From positions 396,717 through 460,716 of the forward strand of contig CAVVKW010000004.1 of NCBI GenBank assembly GCA_963749035.1: a stretch of DNA of 64,000 nucleotides, in the 5' to 3' direction. The notes below the pieces were generated by a model that was not told the DNA's origin, did no database searches, and worked only from the letters and a program-made list of their open reading frames with translations. The translations under genes and the position numbers were made by a program. This document shows, piece by piece, positions 23,915 to 31,438 of the stretch. This DNA comes from an uncultured Verrucomicrobiae bacterium. GTDB taxonomy: Bacteria; Verrucomicrobiota; Verrucomicrobiia; Chthoniobacterales; JAATET01. The first letter of the stretch is position 1. Each line of letters begins with the position of its first letter.

Positions 23915-25323
23915 CCGGCCACATCCTCAACTAGTTCGCTTGTGTCGGAAAGGCGGATTTCCTTGGAGATAAGTTTCGGGAGGAGGGTGTCGCGGAGCTT
24001 TGTGAGGGTTTCTGTAGAGAGTCGGTTCTCGTAACCTCGCGAATAGATTGAGGAAACAGCTCTATTGAATCGGTCAAGCAGCGTCGCGGTCGGCTTGAAG
24101 ACCATGAGTCGCTTCATGTCACCGGCTGTGAAATGCCCGAGCCCCGTGGTTTGTTTGTCCCTGGCAAGCTCCGCGAAGGTGGAGCGGAGATACTTGAGCT
24201 GATAGTAGACGAAGTAGCGTTCGGACTCGTCGTGGAGACGGACGTTGAAGATGTGCTGATTAAGATAGCCGGGGCCGTTTGTCCAAATGAACGTGTCGAT
24301 GGAGGTGTCGGGGTTGCCTGACCAAGAAAGCAGGATGTCACCATCTTCGACTCTGTATTTGTCGCCTTTGTTGTTCGTAGTAAACTTGGTTTGGCCTGTG
24401 ATTCCCGCTTTTACCTCCGCAATTTTAATGACTGGTAAAGCAGCCTCAGCGTCAGAGAAGTCTGCTCCCTTGTAAGCAGCTCCGTTGACGAAATCCGCGA
24501 TGTCGTAGAGAGGCTGAGTTTCCCAGCCTTCCGGGATCGGGCCAAGTTCATCGTAGTATTCAAACGCGGCAGGGAAGAGGGATTGGGGATCAGACAGGGT
24601 TGGGTGGTCGACGGAACCCTGTTGGGTGGTGCCGTTGGCGAGGGCTTTCTTTCGGACTTCGGCGCGGGAGGCGAGTTCGTCGGGGATGGGATTGCCGGCG
24701 GCGAGGGCATTGTCGATCACCGGGTCAAGGTCCACAAACCAGCTTTTGAAGAGCGCCTGCGCCATCCCTTCCAGCGTCGCATTCATCCGCCGATTCAACT
24801 CAATCTTGTCATCCAAGGTGCCCAAGATGTGAGCGATCGCTTTCTGCTCGGGGAGGGGTGGGAGGATGAATGGGACTGCGGAAAGAATGCTCGTATTCAG
24901 GTTAGGCATCGTAGCGCCGATAGCGTGCCGAACGATCCACTCCCGACACTGAGCGCCTCCCAATTGGAATGATGCATACTCCGGATCTACCAATTCTTTG
25001 TCGAATCGAATGCGTAAGCAGCCCGTCCCGCAAAGCCACCCGTCTTCGGCTTCTCTAACCAATGCACGTCGCTCAACATCACCTCGTCTGCTGTAAACGA
25101 CATCTCCAGGTTCGACTCGGTACTTTGAAAGTCGCTCTGCGTCTTCCTCACTGATTCGCGCGATGCTCTCGGTTGTGATCCGGTTGTCGGCGATATTGAC
25201 GGGCATTATCGACGGGATGCCTTCCTCGACATAATCCGACTTATGGAGCTGGCTTCCAAAAGGACCAGTTTGGACGCTTAGAGAAGCATCTGCGAGGGTC
25301 ACCTCTTGCCGCTCACTTCCCAT
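23911..25323 (-). CDS. hsdS: Type I restriction enzyme specificity subunit
   Basis: 470 aa. Two target-recognition halves separated by conserved helical spacers (..LPPLPEQKAIAHILGTLDDKIELNRRMN.. and ..LRDTLLPKLISKEI..). Confidence 0.88.
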   Translation of the reverse strand: MGSERQEVTLADASLSVQTGPFGSQLHKSDYVEEGIPSIMPVNIADNRITTESIARISEEDAERLSKYRVEPGDVVYSRRGDVERRALVREAEDGWLCGTGCLRIRFDKELVDPEYASFQLGGAQCREWIVRHAIGATMPNLNTSILSAVPFILPPLPEQKAIAHILGTLDDKIELNRRMNATLEGMAQALFKSWFVDLDPVIDNALAAGNPIPDELASRAEVRKKALANGTTQQGSVDHPTLSDPQSLFPAAFEYYDELGPIPEGWETQPLYDIADFVNGAAYKGADFSDAEAALPVIKIAEVKAGITGQTKFTTNNKGDKYRVEDGDILLSWSGNPDTSIDTFIWTNGPGYLNQHIFNVRLHDESERYFVYYQLKYLRSTFAELARDKQTTGLGHFTAGDMKRLMVFKPTATLLDRFNRAVSSIYSRGYENRLSTETLTKLRDTLLPKLISKEIRLSDTSELVEDVAG

Positions 25324-25432
25324 ACCCCATGCCCTCCAGGTTTTTCCGAATCACTTCATCCAGCTTTGCCGACTCCTCCATTTGCGCGATTAGCGTCTGG
25401 CTCAGCTCGGTCATTTTAGTCTCAAAGGAAAT
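25313..25432 (-). pseudogene. Duplicated 3' end of hsdM (last ~38 codons) preserved immediately upstream of hsdS
   Basis: SFETKMTELSQTLIAQMEESAKLDEVIRKNLEGMGYGK* versus the intact HsdM C-terminus PFETKMTELSQTLYGQMEESAKLDEVIRKNLEGLGYGK* (34/38). Keeps the ATGGGAAGTGA stop/start junction with hsdS. Confidence 0.85.
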
Positions 25433-25440
25433 CGATCGGT

Positions 25441-26127
25441 TCATGGTTTTGGCCACTTGTTCAGAATTTGATCAATCCACGGCTGCAATCCGGCCTGTCG
25501 GATCGCAACGAATCGGTCGAGGACCGTCGTGAAGTCTTTCAGCTTTGGAGACATCCATTCAATCACATCGAGAATACTTTGATGGCGTTGATCCAGGTCT
25601 TGCCAGTGAGGGATCCGCTCATGATGGAAAACCCGGTTGCGCAGATCGCGAATGTCCTTCCAGCGTCGGTCCAGTTTGTTTTGCACTTGCTCAGTACTTA
25701 GGGCGTGGGGAAATGCCCTCCTTGATAGGAATGCTCCAATACCAGTCCGGGCATGGGCGTTGTTGAAGAATCCAGTCCAGAATCCGAAGTTGAGCTCAGC
25801 GACAATTCTTCCCGGGGTAAGTGGCTTCGTGAGTCTGCTCAAGGTGCGCTTGGCTTCGTCCAGCTTGTCCTGTTGCCAATAGGTGAGTCGTGCTTGGGGC
25901 GAGTCGTACCAGGCATCGGTTCCACACCGTGCAGACAGCTCACGATGCACCGCGTTTCGGAGGGCGATTTCCGAGAATTGGAGTGTAGGGTAGAGGGCCC
26001 CGCTGAGGGCCATATTCAGCAAATAGCGTCCAAGAGTAGTTTTTTCATCCGCCCCATCTTGGCGATAGGCGTCAATCCGCTCTGTATGCAGATTCCCTTC
26101 GACTTCCTTGAAAAAATCGGGATTCAC
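25441..26127 (-). CDS. Abi_2 (AbiD/AbiF-like) HEPN-domain abortive-infection protein
   Basis: 228 aa. EIALRNAVHREL and the HEPN R-x4-H motif in IRDLRNRVFHHERI. Architecture typical of Abi-like proteins inserted in Type I R-M loci. Confidence 0.7.
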   Translation of the reverse strand: MNPDFFKEVEGNLHTERIDAYRQDGADEKTTLGRYLLNMALSGALYPTLQFSEIALRNAVHRELSARCGTDAWYDSPQARLTYWQQDKLDEAKRTLSRLTKPLTPGRIVAELNFGFWTGFFNNAHARTGIGAFLSRRAFPHALSTEQVQNKLDRRWKDIRDLRNRVFHHERIPHWQDLDQRHQSILDVIEWMSPKLKDFTTVLDRFVAIRQAGLQPWIDQILNKWPKP

Positions 26128-26277
26128 AAGCTACTCCTTTCCATGGCTGCTATACGGAATCGTATGCAAAAAGTTTGACGGATAGCCCCTCTGATAGCAA
26201 AGTGTCTCCGTTGACCCCGGGATCCCTTCCTTCGCCGCTCGCGGCTTAGAGGCCCCGGGGTTTCTTTTTGGACGGAA

Positions 26278-27759
26278 TCACTTCCCATACCCCAAGCCCT
26301 CCAAGTTTTTCCGAATCACTTCATCCAGCTTCGCGGATTCCTCCATCTGCCCGTAGAGCGTCTGGCTCAGCTCGGTCATCTTGGTTTCGAACGGAATTCC
26401 GTCGTCCTCCAACGTCGCCGCGCCCACATAGCGTCCGGGAGTGAGCACGAAGTCGTGCTTGCGGATGTCTTCGAGGGTGGCGGATTTGCAGTAGCCTGCC
26501 ACGTCGGCATAGGCCTCGGTGGAGTTTTCAGTGTTCAGTTTTGAGTTTTCAGTTGGAGTTTGGCTTCGCCAGTTGTGGTAAGTCCTTGCGATGTGCTCGA
26601 TATCTTCTGCTGAGAGTTCCTTCTGCGTCCGGCTGATCATGGCGCCGATCTTGCGGGCATCGATGAAGAGGGTCTCGCCTTCGCGGTTGCGATAGTCGCG
26701 TTCGTTGTTGGCCTTTTTGTTTTTGGTCAGGAACCAGAGGCAGACGGGGATCTGGGTGGTGTAGAAGAGTTGGCCGGGCAGGGCGATCATGCAGTCGACG
26801 AGGTCGTTCTCGACGAGTTTTTGGCGGATCTCGCCTTCGCCCTTGGTGTTGGTGGACATGGAGCCGTTGGCGAGGACGAAGCCGGCGACCCCGTTTTCCG
26901 AGAGTTTGCTCACCATGTGGAGAATCCAGGCGTAGTTGGCATTGCCGGTGGGCGGGGTGTCGTAGCCGTTCCAGCGTCCGTCGTGGACGAGTTCGTCGGG
27001 GCCGCGCCAGTCCTTCAGGTTGAAGGGGGGATTGGCCATGATGTAGTCGGCCTTGAGGTCGGGGTGTTGATCCTTGAAGAAAGTGTCGGCGGGGACTTCG
27101 CCGAGGTTGGCGGAGAGCCCGCGCACGGCGAGGTTCATCTTGGCCAGCTTGTAGGTGGTGGCGGCAGACTCCTGCCCGTAGACGGAGATGTCCTTCTTGC
27201 TGCCGTGGTGGCTTTCGACAAACTTGATCGACTGGACGAACATGCCGCCGGAGCCGCAGCAGGGGTCGTAGATCTTGCCTTTGTAGGGCTCGATCATTTC
27301 GGCAATGAGATTGACGACGCACTTCGGGGTGTAGAACTCGCCCCCGAGCTTGCCCTCGGAGGCAGCGAATTTGCCGAGGAAGTATTCATAGACCCGGCCG
27401 ACGGTGTCCTCCTCCTTGTCCTCGACGGTGTCGATGTTGTTGATGGCATCGATGAGGGCGGAGAGCTTGCTGCCATCGAGCCCGAGGCGGGAGAAGTAGT
27501 TGTCGGGCAAGGCGCCCTTGAGCGAGGCATTACTCGCCTCCACGTCGGTGAGGGCGGAGTCGATCTTGATGGCGATGTCGCCCTGCTTGGCATGCTGCTG
27601 GATGTAGGACCAGCGGGAGGTCTCCGGCAGGTAGAAGACATTCTGCATGGTGTAGAACTCGACCATGTCGAGGTAGTCGTCCTTGCCCTCGGCCACGAGC
27701 TCGGCCCGGCGCTCCTCGAAGGATTTGGTGGATTTCTTGATTGGTGTCGGGTTTGACAT
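26278..27759 (-). CDS. hsdM: Type I restriction enzyme methyltransferase subunit
   Basis: Start at MSNPTPIKKST (ATG 27759), 493 aa. AdoMet motif IYDPCCGSGGMF, catalytic IMANPPFN. The upstream extension in the ORF track is a repeat-derived reading. Confidence 0.9.
   Translation of the reverse strand: MSNPTPIKKSTKSFEERRAELVAEGKDDYLDMVEFYTMQNVFYLPETSRWSYIQQHAKQGDIAIKIDSALTDVEASNASLKGALPDNYFSRLGLDGSKLSALIDAINNIDTVEDKEEDTVGRVYEYFLGKFAASEGKLGGEFYTPKCVVNLIAEMIEPYKGKIYDPCCGSGGMFVQSIKFVESHHGSKKDISVYGQESAATTYKLAKMNLAVRGLSANLGEVPADTFFKDQHPDLKADYIMANPPFNLKDWRGPDELVHDGRWNGYDTPPTGNANYAWILHMVSKLSENGVAGFVLANGSMSTNTKGEGEIRQKLVENDLVDCMIALPGQLFYTTQIPVCLWFLTKNKKANNERDYRNREGETLFIDARKIGAMISRTQKELSAEDIEHIARTYHNWRSQTPTENSKLNTENSTEAYADVAGYCKSATLEDIRKHDFVLTPGRYVGAATLEDDGIPFETKMTELSQTLYGQMEESAKLDEVIRKNLEGLGYGK
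26522..26563. repeat. Heptamer-periodic tract (6 units) inside hsdM
   Basis: gagtttt cagtgtt cagtttt gagtttt cagttgg agtttgg. Encodes ..TENSKLNTENSTE... Confidence 0.8.
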
Positions 27760-27845
27760 GTCGGGATATAAAATTTGGTGAAATGGGCCGCGGGATCGCC
27801 GCCGCAGTGCATCCCCGTCTGGCGCCGTTCGGGGTAGCTTGCTAA

Positions 27846-27919
27846 CCACAGATTGCGCAGATGGGCTCGGATAAAGAACTTCAGAAAAACATCTGTGTTC
27901 ATCTGTGAAATCAGTGGTT
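27846..27919. repeat. Inverted, diverged copy of the CACGGATG-type sub-repeat (CACAGATG) upstream of hsdM
   Basis: The minus strand reads aaccactgatttcacagatgaacacagatg, parallel to aaccacggatgacacggattttcacggatg at 30457-30487. Confidence 0.6.
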
Positions 27920-28236
27920 GAACTCCTTGGTGCTTGAAAATTTTGGCGAGGGCCTTGATCAGCATTTTGGCACCCGGATCGGCAGAGGCGTGAGTCGATG
28001 GGGGAGGCCAGCGCATGCAAAACTTGGAGGGTGCCTAATCTGATGCGGAAAGTGAAGTTGATCAGGTGGCGCACGCCTGCTGGGTGTCAGTTTGGGGGCT
28101 GCGGTCGGTCATTGCGGGGTGGAGTTGGGCAGTTCGGGACTCCTGCTTTTGGCGTTGCCGGGGAAGACCTGCGGCGTCGCGGCTCACCCCACGGTGTGGA
28201 TTTGACTCCGTTGGCTGGAAAAGCGATTGCTGGGGG

Positions 28237-28797
28237 GTGCAGGTTTTGGCGCGGTGGTTTGACAGTTTGGCGTTGGCGTCCGGGCGTTCCGGGGCTGTTG
28301 GCTTAGCGGGGCTGCTGGTGGCGGTCGGGCTGACGGGGTGCGCGTTGCCGCCGGTCGAGTTGTCGACGCAGGAGCCGTTGGCGGTGGACATCAACATGCG
28401 GATCGACGTTTACCAATACGACGAGGGCGAGAAGCCCAAGCCAATCGCGACGCCGACTCCGGTGCCGAGTGGGGACGTGGCGACGCGGCAGGAGGATCGG
28501 GCGGCGGACGTGCAGGTCTTCAAGAATAGTCGGCTGGTCGGGGAGGGCGCGGATGGGTTGCTCGCGATCCTCGCGGAGACGCAGGGGGATTACGGGGATT
28601 TTGTCCGGGACACGGTGCGGGCGGAGAACGCGGACCGGATGACGCTGATGAAGTCCATCGCCGAAAAGGAACGGAAGTCGCTGACGGAAGTGCAGAAAAA
28701 TCAGGCTGAGCTCTGGCGCAATCGCTCGTTTTCGGGAGAATACATTCAGGTGCCCGGTGCGGGTGGCGATTTGACGTGGAAGCAGAAGGAAGAATGA
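28237..28797 (+). CDS. YdbL-like (DUF1318) periplasmic lipoprotein
   Basis: Lipobox LLVAVGLTGC. The C-terminal half (..LVGEGADGLLAIL.., ..ENADRMTLMKSIAEKE..EVQKNQAELWRN..) is YdbL-like. The start codon is uncertain (GTG 28237 or TTG 28246). Confidence 0.5.
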   Translation: MQVLARWFDSLALASGRSGAVGLAGLLVAVGLTGCALPPVELSTQEPLAVDINMRIDVYQYDEGEKPKPIATPTPVPSGDVATRQEDRAADVQVFKNSRLVGEGADGLLAILAETQGDYGDFVRDTVRAENADRMTLMKSIAEKERKSLTEVQKNQAELWRNRSFSGEYIQVPGAGGDLTWKQKEE

Positions 28798-30368
28798 GTT
28801 TGGTTCGGATTGCCCGCAAAAATTTGTGGAGAGAGTGGCTGGCTGTCTCGCTGCGCTCGGCTTCGGATTTCGGATTTCGGATTGTTGTGGTTTTGGTGGC
28901 TTTGGGTGGGGTCGTGCACGCGGGGGAGGACGGGGTGGCCTTGGAGCTGACTTACTCGAAGGCGATTCAGATGGCGCTGGCGAAGAACTTCGACATTCAG
29001 ATCGAAAAATTTAATCCGGTGATCGCCCGGGCGGAGACGGTGAGCGAGGAGGGGCGGTTCGATCCGCGGGTGGAGGTCGAGTATTCGTACGAGGAGAGTC
29101 GACGGGATCTGACGTCTTTGGATCCGACGCTGGATTCCGGGTCGCCGGAGCGGAGTGGGTTGGCGAGATTTGCGCGGGAGAGTGGGACGGAGGGACGCGC
29201 GGGGGTCGCGGGGGTGACGCCGCTGGGGACGCGGTATGATTTTGGTGCGTCGGTGGATCGGGATACGGATACGCGGAGCGCGATCGATCAGCGTTACAAC
29301 ACGTTCGTGGGCGGGACGATCACGCAGCCGCTGCTGCGGGGGTTCGGACCGGACGTGAATCTGGCGCAGATCCGGATCGCGCGGGCGGATCAGGCGATTT
29401 CGGCCTGGGCACTGCGGGATCGGATCATCGACGTGGTGACGGACACGGCGCTGATCTACAACGACCTGTTTTTTCAGATTCAAAATTTGGCGGTGCAGAT
29501 TCGGTCGAGGGATTTGGCGGAGCGGACGCTGCGGGACAACGAGCGGCGGGCGGAGATCGGCGTGATGTCGCCGCTGGACGTGGTGCAGGCGCAGGCGGAC
29601 GTGGCGGCCCGAGAGGAAAGGGTGCTGGTGGCGGAGCGGGCGGTGGCGGACAACCAGAATTTTCTGAAACAGCTCGTGACGGACGAGATCGCGGACGTCT
29701 TGCGGACGCCGGTGCGGATTGCTCCGCCGCCGCTGGATCGGGACGTGGCGGTGGATCTGGAGACGGATCTCGAGCGGGCGTTTGAGATTCGGCCGGATTA
29801 CCGTCAGGCCCTCCTCGACCTACAGAAGCGGAACATCAACGTGGTCTTCAACCGGAATCAGGCGCTGCCGCGGCTGGATCTGGTGGGGAGTCTGGGGCTG
29901 AACGGGATCGAGACGGAGGTCGGCGAGAGTGTGTCGCAATTAACGGTGCCGAGCAATCTGGCGGGGAGTCTGGGGGCGATCTTCAGTCTGCCGATTCCGA
30001 ACCGGGAGGCGCGGGGTCAGTTGCAGGTGTCGAAGCTGGAGGTGGCGCGGGCGTTGGTCGGGCTTAAGCAGGCGGAGCAGAGTATCTTCGTGGAGGCGGA
30101 CAACGCGGCGGGGCAGATCGACACGACGCGGCAGCGGATCCAGACGACACGGGCGGCGCGGGTGTTCGCGGAGCGGACGCTGGAAGCGGCGCAGGCGCGG
30201 TTGGCGTCGGGGACGGCGACGACGTTCGAGGTGCTGCAATTTCAGCGGGATCTCGCGGAGGCGGAGGTGGCGGAAATGCGGGCGCTGACGGATCATCAGA
30301 AGGCGATCGCGGAATACGCGCGGACGGTCGGGACGACGCTGGAGGCGAATTACATTTCGCTGGAATAG
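28794..30368 (+). CDS. TolC-family outer-membrane efflux protein
   Basis: About 524 aa. LTYSKAIQMALAKNFDIQIEK.. with two repeated OEP halves. The ATG overlaps the preceding stop (ATGA). Confidence 0.8.
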   Translation: MSLVRIARKNLWREWLAVSLRSASDFGFRIVVVLVALGGVVHAGEDGVALELTYSKAIQMALAKNFDIQIEKFNPVIARAETVSEEGRFDPRVEVEYSYEESRRDLTSLDPTLDSGSPERSGLARFARESGTEGRAGVAGVTPLGTRYDFGASVDRDTDTRSAIDQRYNTFVGGTITQPLLRGFGPDVNLAQIRIARADQAISAWALRDRIIDVVTDTALIYNDLFFQIQNLAVQIRSRDLAERTLRDNERRAEIGVMSPLDVVQAQADVAAREERVLVAERAVADNQNFLKQLVTDEIADVLRTPVRIAPPPLDRDVAVDLETDLERAFEIRPDYRQALLDLQKRNINVVFNRNQALPRLDLVGSLGLNGIETEVGESVSQLTVPSNLAGSLGAIFSLPIPNREARGQLQVSKLEVARALVGLKQAEQSIFVEADNAAGQIDTTRQRIQTTRAARVFAERTLEAAQARLASGTATTFEVLQFQRDLAEAEVAEMRALTDHQKAIAEYARTVGTTLEANYISLE

Positions 30369-30376
30369 TGGGGGAT

Positions 30377-30489
30377 CACGCGAAGGCGCGAAGGCGCGAA
30401 GGAAATATCGGATTCTCACGCAGAGCCGCAGAGGCGCAGAGAATGTGGATGCTACTAACCACGGATGACACGGATTTTCACGGATGGGG
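30377..30489. repeat. Composite intergenic repeat: (CGCGAAGG)x3, (CGCAGAG-N)x3, (CACGGAT-N)x3
   Basis: cacgcgaaggcgcgaaggcgcgaagg .. tctcacgcagagccgcagaggcgcagaga .. aaccacggatgacacggattttcacggatgg. Confidence 0.8.
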
Positions 30490-30531
30490 TGGGGCCGCGA
30501 ATGGGGTGATTCGGCCGGTCAGCTCATGACT

Positions 30532-30559
30532 CTCAACTACAAACTATAAACTAGCAACT
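30532..30559. repeat. Heptamer-periodic tract (NNCAACT)x4 upstream of the fpg-like gene
   Basis: ctcaact acaaact ataaact agcaact (complement orientation of the GAGTTGA family). Confidence 0.75.
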
Positions 30560-30564
30560 GACTC

Positions 30565-31383
30565 ATGCCTGAACTAGCGGAGGTCGATCACGCTCGGAAA
30601 TTGTGGGACGTGGGGGTGGGGGCGAAGGTGCTGGAGGTGATGGTGCCGAAGCCGGCGGTTCGGGTGCTGCGGGGGACGGACGTCGATGCGTTGACGGCGG
30701 GCCTGACGGGGCGGGTGCTGGCGGAGTCGGAGGCGAGTGGGAAGCAGATGGTTTTCCGCTTTGGGGCCAAGCGGGACCGGTGGCTTGGGGTTCATTTGGG
30801 GATGCGGGGGCGGCTGCGGGTGGAGCCGGAGGATGCGGAGCTGGAGAAGCACGATTATCTGGCACTGCGGCAGCGGGGGCGGATGTTGGTTTTCAACGAC
30901 GCGCGGGTTTTTGGTCGATTGCTCTATCACGAAGGGGTGGATGCTCCGGAGTGGTGGGCGAAGCTGCCGCCGTCGATTTTCTCGGCGGCGTTTTCGCGCG
31001 AGGCGGTGGGGGCGTTTTTGGAGCGGCGGAAGCGGACGCCGTTGAAGCCGTTGTTGCTGATGCAGGAGCGATTTCCGGGGGTGGGGAATTGGATGGCGGA
31101 CGAGATTCTCTGGCGGGCGCGGCTGCACCCGCGTCGGCTGGCGGGTGGCATGTCGACGAAGGAGATCGGGGCGCTCTGGCGGACGGTGCGGGACGTTTGC
31201 GTGAAGTCGGTGGAGCAGATCGATGACGATTGGCAGTATCCGCGCACCTGGCTCTTCCCACACCGGTGGACGGATGGCGGGACGTGTCCGCGTTGTCGCG
31301 GTGGGCTGGAGCGGGCGGTGATCGGGGGACGGCGGACGTGTTGGTGTCCGGGGTGCCAGGGGGTGGGGGGAGTTGAGTGTTGA
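30565..31383 (+). CDS. Fpg/Nei-family DNA glycosylase/AP lyase
   Basis: 272 aa. N-terminal MPELAEV (Pro2/Glu3), H2TH region, C-terminal zinc finger CPRCRGGLERAVIGGRRTCWCPGCQ. Confidence 0.85.
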   Translation: MPELAEVDHARKLWDVGVGAKVLEVMVPKPAVRVLRGTDVDALTAGLTGRVLAESEASGKQMVFRFGAKRDRWLGVHLGMRGRLRVEPEDAELEKHDYLALRQRGRMLVFNDARVFGRLLYHEGVDAPEWWAKLPPSIFSAAFSREAVGAFLERRKRTPLKPLLLMQERFPGVGNWMADEILWRARLHPRRLAGGMSTKEIGALWRTVRDVCVKSVEQIDDDWQYPRTWLFPHRWTDGGTCPRCRGGLERAVIGGRRTCWCPGCQGVGGVEC

Positions 31384-31397
31384 GTGTTGAGTGTTGA
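31370..31397. repeat. Heptamer tandem repeat (G(A/T)GTTGA)x4 across the fpg-like stop codon
   Basis: gagttga gtgttga gtgttga gtgttga. Confidence 0.85.
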
Positions 31398-31438
31398 GTG
31401 GGTTGCCGCAGCGAGTTGAGATTCGTAGAGTGCGCGTG

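Noticed and set aside
26214-26261. Hairpin ACCCCGGG..CCCGGGGT (with inner GCCGC-tc-GCGGC) plus T-run between hsdM and the Abi_2 gene, considered as an operon terminator.
   Set aside because: The T-run (TTTCTTTTT) follows the hairpin only on the plus strand. In the direction of hsdM transcription the hairpin is preceded by A's and followed by CAACGGAG, so it is not a convincing intrinsic terminator for hsdM. It may block antisense transcription or be cassette debris.
27760-28074. N-terminal extension of hsdM to 598 aa, as in the ORF track.
   Set aside because: The extension is translated from the dispersed CACAGATG/CGCAGAT repeat element and has no similarity to HsdM N-termini. The canonical HsdM N-terminus starts at MSNPTPIKK (27759).
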